Below are positions 1-9,300 of a stretch of DNA of 20,598 nt, in pieces (position 1 is the stretch's first letter; each line of letters begins with the position of its first letter). The DNA comes from Rhizaria sp. SCN 62-66. Its lineage: Eukaryota. The notes under the pieces were generated by a model that searched no databases, had not been told where the DNA came from, and saw only the letters and a list, made by a program, of their open reading frames with translations. A program made the translations under genes and the position numbers. The stretch spans positions 62,001-82,598 of the forward strand of contig MEDY01000107.1 of the NCBI GenBank assembly GCA_001724265.1, read 5' to 3'.

Positions 1-1482
1 GAGTCCGCTCTGCCGCTGCCCGCCGGTGCAGCGCAGCGCGCGGCCGTTGGCGGATACCAGCGGCGGCGCGAGGCGCGCGTGGCGTTTGTGTTTGCCGAGC
101 TCTTCTCCGCGCTGCTGCGGTCGGCGCTGTGGGCGCGCTGGTGGGGCGACGAGGCCTCGCGCCGCGCCGCCGCCACTGGGCTCGGCCGCGACCTCCACGC
201 GATGCTCAACTCCCGCGCGTCCGCTGTGCTGCGTCTGTCAACCGCGGAGACGAACGCTGCGACCGCGGGCGCGCTGCGGCGTTGGCTGCGCGCTCACGGG
301 CTGCCGTTGGGCTCCGCGGCGGCGGCGCTGCGGTTGGTGCAGGCCCGCGGCGGCAGCGCGCTGGACGTCTTCTGCGCCGCGACCAACACCGCGCCCCCCG
401 GGCTCTGGGAGCCTTCCGCGGCGCCCGCGCGCTGGGGCGACCCGTGGCACGAGGCCGAGTGCGTGCCGCGCGCTGCCGCGGCCGCGACGGCGGGCGCCAC
501 GACGGTCTGGTGCGAGTGTCCGCCGCTGCGTCTACCTCTGGCCGTGCGCGGCGGCGTCGCAGTGCCGCCCGCGCCGACTGTCGCGGCTGCCACCGAGGCT
601 GCCGCGGCGCCGTACTATCTGCGCGTGCCCGCAGGGCTGGCCGCGCCGTCTCTGTCGGCCGCAGCGCCGCCGACGACGGGCACGATCGGCGGCGGCAGTG
701 CGCTGCTCGACGTTTCACTCGACGGCGCTCTCGCGGCCGCGCCAGTGATTGCTGGTGCCGGCGCGACGTTATCGACGGCGGCATCGGGCGTGGAGGCGCC
801 TAATGGCAATGCGCTGCGCTACCTGCTGCCGTGCCCGCGCCCGCCCAACTGCGCTCACAACGGCGGGCTCGTTCAAGACAGTAACGGCTCCGACAGCCAC
901 CACGCGATCGCTAACATCGGCAACGACAGCGGCGACGCGAGCGCTCTGCGCCTTGCCGTGCCGCTTCCGCCCGCGCCCCCCGCGGTTGCTGGCGCCGCCG
1001 CGGCGCTGCTGCCCGTGGTCACGCAGCGCGGCGCGCCCCGCATCTGGCACCGGCTGTGGTCGCGCGCCACCGCAGTCCGCTCGCAGGCTCTGCATGGACC
1101 GCGCGCGGCGGCGCTGGCGGCGCAGCTCACACAGCTGCTGCTCACCGGCGACTGCGGCTGCGCGGGCTGCGGATACGCTCCCGCTGAGAGTGGCGCTGAC
1201 AGCGAGTTTGACGTGCGTGAGCGCGTGCTGGCTCTGCTGGGGTGCTTCCCTGCGCTGGGCGGGGGACTCACGCCTCTGCTCGCGCTCGCTCTGCACCCAC
1301 AGGCGCTGCCTCACGTCGCGAAGCTTGCTGCGGTTGTTACCACGCAGGTCGAGGGACGGGTTGTGCTGCGTGCGGCCAATTTGGCTGTCAAGCGCGCGAT
1401 GTCGGCCGCGATGATGCGCAATGACGGCTGCACCCTGCTCTCGGCCGAAGAGACAAACACGGTTTACGCGGCGCTTCTGTAA
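1..1482 (+). CDS. 5'-truncated hypothetical Ala/Pro-rich protein (C-terminal part)
   Basis: Frame 1 is open from base 1 (GAG TCC GCT CTG...) to TAA at 1480-1482, so the track's GTG start at 79 is probably internal. Codons mostly end in G/C, and the sequence turns abruptly AT-rich right after the stop. No recognisable domain. Confidence 0.75.
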   Translation, partial: ESALPLPAGAAQRAAVGGYQRRREARVAFVFAELFSALLRSALWARWWGDEASRRAAATGLGRDLHAMLNSRASAVLRLSTAETNAATAGALRRWLRAHGLPLGSAAAALRLVQARGGSALDVFCAATNTAPPGLWEPSAAPARWGDPWHEAECVPRAAAAATAGATTVWCECPPLRLPLAVRGGVAVPPAPTVAAATEAAAAPYYLRVPAGLAAPSLSAAAPPTTGTIGGGSALLDVSLDGALAAAPVIAGAGATLSTAASGVEAPNGNALRYLLPCPRPPNCAHNGGLVQDSNGSDSHHAIANIGNDSGDASALRLAVPLPPAPPAVAGAAAALLPVVTQRGAPRIWHRLWSRATAVRSQALHGPRAAALAAQLTQLLLTGDCGCAGCGYAPAESGADSEFDVRERVLALLGCFPALGGGLTPLLALALHPQALPHVAKLAAVVTTQVEGRVVLRAANLAVKRAMSAAMMRNDGCTLLSAEETNTVYAALL

Positions 1483-1732
1483 GAGACACCGGGAAAATAA
1501 TATATATTCTACGTAGTAATAATTTTATTAGTGCCAAATTCAGTGTTATATAATACATAAATCTTCATTAACCCCATGGTACTCGTGATATTGCGTGTTT
1601 TCGGGGTCTCTGCTCGTGCTAACGCGCTGCTGCGGGCTTCGCTGTTCCCGCCCTTCAGAGAGTCTTTGATATGGGTCATATATCCGTCATCATCGCCATA
1701 TAATTGCACGGCTTAGATTAATAATTGGTTTT

Positions 1733-1830
1733 GTAAGTGAACACTATTTAATTTTTGCATAGACGCTCATTGGCCATCCCACACATCATCCCCCACTTTC
1801 ACCGCGCCTTCATACCATCCTTGCCCACAG
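1733..1830 (+). other. Putative spliceosomal intron (98 nt), probably in the 5' UTR of the J-domain gene
   Basis: Perfect GTAAGT donor at 1733, branch-like CGCTCAT at 1764-1770, and a C/T-rich tract ending ccttgcccaCAG at 1830. The frame after 1830 hits TAA at 1918-1920, so it does not extend the CDS. Confidence 0.5.
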
Positions 1831-1956
1831 GTCAAAGAAGAGCTCTCGAGCTCGCAACATCCTGCGTTTAGCGACAGAACCGACACGCACAGTATTGTAC
1901 ACACATCTTACCTGATATAACACCGGCTGCGCGGTCGCAGACAGAATATCTCCCGC

Positions 1957-4900
1957 ATGTCGATTAGTCTTGTTGAGGCCCTCACGGTCCTCAACTTCAC
2001 GGTCGAGGAGCGGACTCGGGGAATCGCGCAAGACGTTATCAAGCGGCGTTATCGCGAGTTGGCACTTAAATATCACCCCGACAAGTGTCCCGATGACCCC
2101 GACGCCACTGCGCGCTTCCAGCGCATCTCACAGGCCTACGAGTTGCTCAAGGATGCCGGTCCGGTCGTCTCGATCGCCCCGCCGCCCCGGAGCAACTCGA
2201 CTTCCGCCCGCCGCCCCGCTCACGGTACCCCGGGCAGCGCTTCCGACAATATGTCCGCCGCGTTTAACGCCTTTGCGTCGGAGCACTCCGCGGCGTACGC
2301 CGAGGCCATGCGCGCGCACCAGGAGTCGCAGGTCAAGGCCGCCGCGCGCGCCGCCGCCGAGCGCCAGCGCCAGGCTGCAGAGCGCCAGCGGCAGGCCCGC
2401 GAGGAGCGTGCTGCGGCCGAACGCCTCGAGGCCCAGATCTCCATTGCGCGCGCGCAGCGCCACCGCGAAAACCCCCTTGACTTCCTCCGCGTCGGGGCCG
2501 TGTTCATGTACCGTACGCTGCCACCGCGCAAGGCCACCGTGACGGCCGGCAACAAGGCTGCGGCCGCGGCGGCCGGAGCCGAGCGGCTGCTGCCCAAGGC
2601 GCTCGAGTTTGCAGGCGTTACCGTGCGCTCGCTGGAGCTGGAGATCCAGCGGTTGATCAATGAATCCGGCGGCTTCGACGCCATCCAGCGCGAACTGCTC
2701 AACGCCGCCCACGCGCTCATCGACGCCGCCGAAGGCCTCATCGCCGAGCAGCGCACGCGCGAGGCCCAGGTCGGCAACTGGGCCTTCACCGTGCGCAGCG
2801 ACGACTTGTGCAACGCGCCGAGCGTGATGGCGACGGCGGAGCGCAGCTTCATGTACCCGCGTAACTTCGTCGGTGGTGTGCCCGAGCAGTTCCACAAGCC
2901 CTCCAACGCAGAGCGCTTGCGGAGCTTCGGCAGCCACCTGCGCGCGACGGCCGAGGCCTCGCGCTCTGGTCTTAAGACCGCGTCACAGCGCGCGTGGGTG
3001 GCGCAGCTGCACGACCACATCAACCGGTTGCGCGAGATTGCCCGCGTCGCGCTGATCGAGGTCCCCGCCACGCTGCTGCCGCGCTTGCTTGCCGCCGCGG
3101 CCGCGGACCCGGTGCTGCAGACGCCGCCGCCGCGCGACTCGCTGGACCACCTCGAGCGCAACGCGTGGGCTGCGCTGGGCCGCACCGACGCGGCCGAGAT
3201 CACGCGCATCTGCGACGAGCTCAGCATCGCGCTGGGCCCCGGCTCCGTCGCCGCGGGCCGCATCGAGGCGCGCGTCACACAGGCGCTCGAGGCCGCGCTG
3301 ACGATGCTCGATCAGGTCGGCGCCATGTCCGCCTTCGCGAACGAGGTTGACGCCGCGCTGGCGCGCGAGGAGTTCAACGTGCTGACCGACACGCCGCCGC
3401 GCCGCAGGGTCGCACCACTGCGCCCCGTGGCCGCCGCCGTGGCCACCGCGCACGCCTCGCTCAACGCATCGGTCGCGGATGCGTATTCGGACGACGACGT
3501 CGACGACGACAGCGACGACGACGAGTACGACGATAACCATAGTGGCGCGCGTCCGCTGCGGCGCGCCCGCGGGGACCACGCCTGGGCGGAGGTCCTCGCA
3601 GCCGCCAAGGCCGTCGTCGCCTCCTCCGCCGCCGCCGACACTGTGCGCACTGGCTGGGGGGGGCTCGCTGCCAGCGCCGCTACGAACCCATGCGCCGGCT
3701 GCACATGCGGGACGCAGCAGCACACACAGGGCGCAGCTCCGGTAGCTGCGGACGTGGACGCGGCGCTGCTCGCGTCGGCGGGCTGGCAGGAAGGACTCGG
3801 CGGTCAGTCCATGCCCACCAAGCCCGCCGCCGCGACTCACAATAACAAATGCAATACCGGCAACAGCGCTGGCGTGGTTGGCGGCGCCTGCTGCCCCGGC
3901 GCGGCTGCCGCCGCTGTGGCCGCTGCGGGCGCGAGTGCCGCCGGTCTGGCCGCCGTGCCGCCCATGATGGGCTGCGCGGAGGGCGTGTCCCACCTCGATA
4001 GCGCACAACTCTCGCTTGACATGACCGCGGCGCTGCGCGCGGCGTACGCCAACGCGACAGGCCTGCTGCTTTTCCCGATGCTCGAGCGCGCCGCCAAGGA
4101 CGACTCGCCGCCGAGCGCCGACGCGCCGCAGCGCTTCACCGTGAAGGCCGAGGCGCGGCTGGCCGCGGAGTTTGCCGATGCGCTCGCGCGCAAGCTGCAG
4201 ACTGCGTTTCCCTTCGTCGACGCCAAGTGTAACAACGCGTACAACGGCGTCGCTCTGGCGACGCAGCTCGAGGAGGCGCAGGTTGCGCTCGCGGCGGCGG
4301 TGCTGACCGACCAGCAGGAGTCCAAGCCGGACTTGGACGCCGTCTCGCGCGTGCTCCTGCTGCGCGAGGCCGCGCTGAGCGTCGCAAGTCTCGCTATGCA
4401 CCGACGCCCGCTCAGCACGGCAATGCAGGTCTGGGCCGCGGGCGCCGTCGCGCGCGAGGCCAAGGGCCCGCGCCGGCTAGGCCAGTCCGGCAACCGCGGC
4501 AAGCTGACTGCATGGGGATCTGAGCAGGTGCTCGACGTGCCCGGGCAGTTCATCGGTAGCGACTGGGGTGCTGTGCTGCAGTGCGAGCTGGAGGCGGAGC
4601 TGGCTGCGCGCAGCGCCTACTCCACAGCCGCGATGGAGGGCCGCGGCGTTGTCGACGTGTCGGTGGCCCAACTGGCTGGCAGGTCGACCGCAGACGGCAG
4701 CCGCACAGTGCTGCGTCCGCCGCCGGTGACGACGCTGTTGCCGCTCGCGCTGCGCCGGTTGACCCCGCTGCTGGGCGTGATCACGCCGCGCGCCGTGGCC
4801 GACACGTTCACTGGCGCCGCTGTGCTGCAGGCTGTCGCCGCGCCCGCGTCGCTCCTGCTGGGCGACCCCGCTGAACGCTTTGCCGCGCGCCGCGTCTCGC

Positions 4901-6333
4901 CTATCGAGAAGGCTAAGCTTGACAAGGCAGCTGCCACGGCCAGCGAACACGCGCATCCCCGCACACGCAAAGGAAGTCGGCGCGCGCGTGCGACGAGGAG
5001 CTACCACAAGCACGCGTTTGCGGAGGCGGCCGCGTCTGCTGCTGCAGCTGCAGCTGCTGCCGCCGAGGCAACCAAGCCCACCACAGAGACGACTGACAAC
5101 TCAGCTTCTGCTTCTGCTTCCGCTGCCTCTGCAGCTAATGCCAGAAGCAACTCGTTCGTGCCGCCCGGTACTCCTCAGCGTCATCCTGCGTTCTCGCAGA
5201 AGAAGACGCCCCCGAGTAGTCAGCGCCAGCGCGCGCCTGCATCAGTTCGCCCGATGGTGGACGATGTGGACGACAACGTTGTGATTCTGAGCGACTCAGA
5301 CTCAGATGCCAGCGTTGTGGTCGGCGACGACTCCGATAACGACGGCACTGACCTCGTGATTGTCAACACACACCGCTCAGCCCAGGCACATGTGATTCAT
5401 ATCGACGATGACCGTGACTTGGACGCAGAGGACGACGACGTTGTGATCGACAACAGCCAGTTCAAGGGAATCTTTGGTGCTATGGACCTCCGCAGCGAGC
5501 CGCCGGTGACGGGTGCGGCCTCTGCAACAGTGAGCAACGACTCCGACAACGAAGACGCCGACCTCGATGCGCCTTCACGCTTTTCACTCGCTGCGGCGCG
5601 TGGCCGGAAGGTCCGCTCACCTTACTCCGTCGGCAAAAACGGCGTCCCCATGGGCGACGGGCTCGACGGCCTCGGCGACGAGGACGACACCGCTCTATCG
5701 CCCGAGGCCGCCACCGCCGCACGCGCTGCGCGGGCCGCGGCCGACGCGCTGGTCACGCGTTCGCTTGGCACCGGCGGCGCAGACGACCCCTGGCTGCTCG
5801 ACGACCAGGTCGCCACGCTGCAGCTGCTGCAGACGCGCGATACGCGTGCACCACGTGCCGTCCGCGCCGTCGCGGTGGCACTCCAGCAGGCTGCTGCTGA
5901 CGAGAGGATGATGCTGGGCGTAGACGCGGCGACGGTGCCACAGTGGCTGAGCCCGGACGCGCCGTCGCTGCTGCCGATGCCGGTAGACTTCGCAGTCACG
6001 GGCGCGCTCGCCGGCTGGATGCTGCCCGCACTGACCGTGGTTGGCGCACACTTGCAGGGCTTCGCGCTCAACTTTCTGCGCGCCAACGCCACCGCCGTGT
6101 CGGCGCTGCTGCTGCTGCCGCTTGAGGCACAGTACCAGCGTCACTTGGTGTGCCCCACGCGCAGCATCTCGGTTCCCACGCCGGGTGACCGTACTGTAGC
6201 CTTCTACGGCGCAGTTGCCATGCGCGCGGCCCAGATCGCGAACCTGACGGCGCTGCGCACGCGCGCTGTGGTGAGCGGCCAACGCACTGTCGCAGGCGAG
6301 TCAGTGGCGCCGTTGGAGGGCGTGCTCACGTAG
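1957..6333 (+). CDS. DnaJ/Hsp40 class C J-domain protein, 1458 aa if the TAG terminates; probably the 5' part of a larger gene
   Basis: The N-terminus ALTVLNF...[39 protein letters not shown] is a canonical J-domain (HPD at 2074-2082). It is followed by a charged helical segment and Ala-rich low-complexity sequence. There is an in-frame TAA upstream (1918-1920), and 1957 is the first ATG after it. Confidence 0.85.
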   Translation: MSISLVEALTVLNFTVEERTRGIAQDVIKRRYRELALKYHPDKCPDDPDATARFQRISQAYELLKDAGPVVSIAPPPRSNSTSARRPAHGTPGSASDNMSAAFNAFASEHSAAYAEAMRAHQESQVKAAARAAAERQRQAAERQRQAREERAAAERLEAQISIARAQRHRENPLDFLRVGAVFMYRTLPPRKATVTAGNKAAAAAAGAERLLPKALEFAGVTVRSLELEIQRLINESGGFDAIQRELLNAAHALIDAAEGLIAEQRTREAQVGNWAFTVRSDDLCNAPSVMATAERSFMYPRNFVGGVPEQFHKPSNAERLRSFGSHLRATAEASRSGLKTASQRAWVAQLHDHINRLREIARVALIEVPATLLPRLLAAAAADPVLQTPPPRDSLDHLERNAWAALGRTDAAEITRICDELSIALGPGSVAAGRIEARVTQALEAALTMLDQVGAMSAFANEVDAALAREEFNVLTDTPPRRRVAPLRPVAAAVATAHASLNASVADAYSDDDVDDDSDDDEYDDNHSGARPLRRARGDHAWAEVLAAAKAVVASSAAADTVRTGWGGLAASAATNPCAGCTCGTQQHTQGAAPVAADVDAALLASAGWQEGLGGQSMPTKPAAATHNNKCNTGNSAGVVGGACCPGAAAAAVAAAGASAAGLAAVPPMMGCAEGVSHLDSAQLSLDMTAALRAAYANATGLLLFPMLERAAKDDSPPSADAPQRFTVKAEARLAAEFADALARKLQTAFPFVDAKCNNAYNGVALATQLEEAQVALAAAVLTDQQESKPDLDAVSRVLLLREAALSVASLAMHRRPLSTAMQVWAAGAVAREAKGPRRLGQSGNRGKLTAWGSEQVLDVPGQFIGSDWGAVLQCELEAELAARSAYSTAAMEGRGVVDVSVAQLAGRSTADGSRTVLRPPPVTTLLPLALRRLTPLLGVITPRAVADTFTGAAVLQAVAAPASLLLGDPAERFAARRVSPIEKAKLDKAAATASEHAHPRTRKGSRRARATRSYHKHAFAEAAASAAAAAAAAAEATKPTTETTDNSASASASAASAANARSNSFVPPGTPQRHPAFSQKKTPPSSQRQRAPASVRPMVDDVDDNVVILSDSDSDASVVVGDDSDNDGTDLVIVNTHRSAQAHVIHIDDDRDLDAEDDDVVIDNSQFKGIFGAMDLRSEPPVTGAASATVSNDSDNEDADLDAPSRFSLAAARGRKVRSPYSVGKNGVPMGDGLDGLGDEDDTALSPEAATAARAARAAADALVTRSLGTGGADDPWLLDDQVATLQLLQTRDTRAPRAVRAVAVALQQAAADERMMLGVDAATVPQWLSPDAPSLLPMPVDFAVTGALAGWMLPALTVVGAHLQGFALNFLRANATAVSALLLLPLEAQYQRHLVCPTRSISVPTPGDRTVAFYGAVAMRAAQIANLTALRTRAVVSGQRTVAGESVAPLEGVLT

Positions 6334-9300
6334 CACGAACGCCTCACTGAGCATACGACCTGGCTGCACACGCTGCTAGGCACGGACGCCGACGCCGCGC
6401 AATGCGAGCGCAACACGGCATCACTGGCCACCTGGAAGGGCGGCCGCTGGCTGCGGACGGAATTCATGTCGCTGCTCTCCGAGGCCACTGCTGCGGATGG
6501 GAGCAACGCCGCGGTGACGGCGCTGTGCCCGACTCTCGCGCACATGGACCCGCTGCCGCGCGCACTGGGGCCTCTGATGGACGCCGCGCTGCCGCTGCCG
6601 CTCGAGCTGCCGATGCACCAGCGCCACAGCGCGCTTATGCTCTGCGCTGACCTCCCCGAGACGGCCGCTGTCGGCGCCGCCGGCGCGTCTGAGGCCGCCG
6701 AGGCCGCGTGGATGCGTCAGGCGGCCTGGTTCGCCACGGACGCCGTCGACGCCGAGAACGACGACACCGACCGGCTGCGCAAGGTCGAGGCGCGCGTGCA
6801 CGGCGTCGTGACCGCGTGTCTGCGCGCGACCATCGCGGCCCGCTCGCGTGCGCGTCTGCTGCGTGACCGCGACCTGCGCGCTGCGGCCGCGCTGCCCGAT
6901 ACGCTCCCTTTTCGCAACGCCGCGCTCAACGGCAACGGTGCGATGCTGGCTGCGGCGTCCGCGGTGTGTCCCGCGGCCGCTGTGCTGCGTGCGTCCACGA
7001 TCGCGCCCGATGCGAGCTCCGATGGGCTTGCGTCGGTGCTGGTGCGTTGGGACGTGCTTTGCGACGCCGTGGCGCGCGCACAGAGCGTGGCGCTGATGGC
7101 GCTCGGCGAGGACGTGGCCGGTGCGACGGACTCCATTGCCGCAGCGGACTCGATCTCGATCTCCGGGCTGACGCGCGAGGCGATGCGCACTGGCAGTGTG
7201 GCTGTGGCTGCTGGCGTGCTTGAAACGCTACAGGAAGCCACTGCGTCGCTCGCTCTCGAGATGGCCGCGCTAGGCGACGTCGCGGCTGACCTGCACATCC
7301 AGGCGCAGCTCGCCACGCCGCAGGCACTCGCTGCTGCGCGCGCATCTGTCACCGCGGGACCCGGCGTGCACGTGCGCGTGGGCTCCGTGCCTGCGCCGGA
7401 CCAGTCTTCAGCCGATGCCCACGCAACGTACGTGGCGGCAACCAGTCACACTGTGCAGTCGGAGCGCACTGCACATCCAGCGTCATTCCTGGCGCACGAA
7501 GCCGCGGCGCTGGATCCAACTGCGGCCAAGTCCGGCGTGCCGGTGACCGCGAAGCTGCGCTTGTCTGACGCAGTTGCGCCGCTTGATGTAAACTACACAC
7601 AGCTCTCGGAAATGTCACAGAAGGTGCAGTTCGGCCGCTCCACAGTGCTCAACTTTGTTGCTATGCAGGTGGAGACGCTCAACCGCGACTCTCGCCTCTC
7701 ACTCCTGAGCGCGGGCGTCGCTGCGGGGCTCGCAAGTGACCTGACATGGGCATTCCCCTGCACTTCCGAGGTGGAGCCGAACGTTATTAATGTCGACGGC
7801 CGTTCCACGCAGTTCTCCCCCAGCGCCGCCGTCAACGCGGCTGCGAACCAGGCGCGGGCCGCCGCGATTGCGCGCGTGGCAGCGCTGTGGGCTGCGGCCC
7901 CCGAGGGCGTCGGTATGAATCTCGCCCAGGCCTACGATTCCGCGACCGATGTGTGGCGCGAGTTCTCTGCCCGCTCCCAACAACATCACCACCAGCCCGA
8001 CGACGAGCTGGCAGCTGACGCGCTCGATGCCGCCGTCACGCGCGCTGCGCTCGCGGCGGCGCGGCCCAACCTGGTTGCGGCAGGCGTGCTTGACCGCCGC
8101 CGGCGCATGCTGCTGCGCTGGGCAACCTTTGCCGTGTGCTCCTCGGCCTGGCTTACGCGTTACGGCCCCGGCGCTGCGTCTGCGGGCACAGGTGTTGCCA
8201 GCGCGGGCGCAGGTTCTACTGCAGAGTCGATCGCTGCGAATACGTTCGATGTTGACGCACATAACAACGCGATTACTGCACGAAGCACACAGACTCACCC
8301 GGGTGTGGCGCCGCTGCCGTTGGTGGGCACTGCGCCTGTGCTGTCACCGCATGCCCCGTCGCAGGACCGTGATGTCCTGATGTTGCTCGCTCCTCCGGTT
8401 CTTCTGCTGTCGGCGGTCCGCGGCGACCGTTGGATGTCGTTAGCCAGGTTCGAAGCTATTTTTGCACATGCTGGGTACATGGATCACAACTCGGATCTCG
8501 CGCGCGATTGTGCGGCTGCACGCTTTTCTGACTCAGATCACGATTCATCACAGTGTCTGCTCACTCTTGGCCGCGCAAACGTTAAGGACGTGGTGCCACA
8601 ACTGCCCGAAGCGAAATTTAAGGGGCGCATTCTCACATCCGCGTCACGCGCTCTCCTCGCGCACCAGCCCTTGGCGCTGGTGCCGCGCATGCTAGCCGGT
8701 GTCCCGCTGCGGAAGCGCTTCCCGTCCCTGACCTCTCTGTCGCTTTTGAGGCTGCCAGGCGCGGTGTCTCGCAGCCTTGACTGCGTCCCGACGTCGGATG
8801 CTGTGCTGGTGCGATCCGCAATGTCCTATGGCGGTCTGGCGTCGCTGGTGCTGCGCCCTGACGCATTTGCACTGAACCTGGGCATTGAGCGCCCACCGGG
8901 CATGCAGCGTCTGCGACAGCCAATCGTGACGGCTAATTTCTCTCAGCAAACACACTTCACGTTGCCATCAAGTGGATACACGACGCGCAACTACGAAGAC
9001 GAGGTTTCCACCGCGTTCAACAACATCGACTACAATACCAGTTTCTCCGACATGACCTGGCGCCACTGGGTTGGGAACGTGCCGATGCCCACTGGCATTG
9101 TCGGCGGGGAAGAGCCTCCCACAGGACCCTGGACTGCGAGATTCGCTTCCTTCGCCTCGTGCGAAGTGCACAAAGACGTCAGCAACCGCTCTGGCGCTAA
9201 GGACCGCTCATGCCGGCCTGTGCACGGCACCACGGTCTTCTCTGTCGTGCCAGGCGCCGAGGACTCGAACGCCTGTGACTGCCCTTGCTCCGCACAAGGC

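Noticed and set aside
3691-3894. Cys cluster (CAGCTC...C...CC) as a DnaJ-type zinc finger
   Set aside because: It does not show the repeated CxxCxGxG pattern of class A J-proteins and lies in low-complexity sequence.
6330-6379. Intron starting at GTAGCA (6330) and ending at ctgcTAG (6379) to remove the stop
   Set aside because: Poor donor, and 50 nt is not a multiple of three, so it would not restore the frame.
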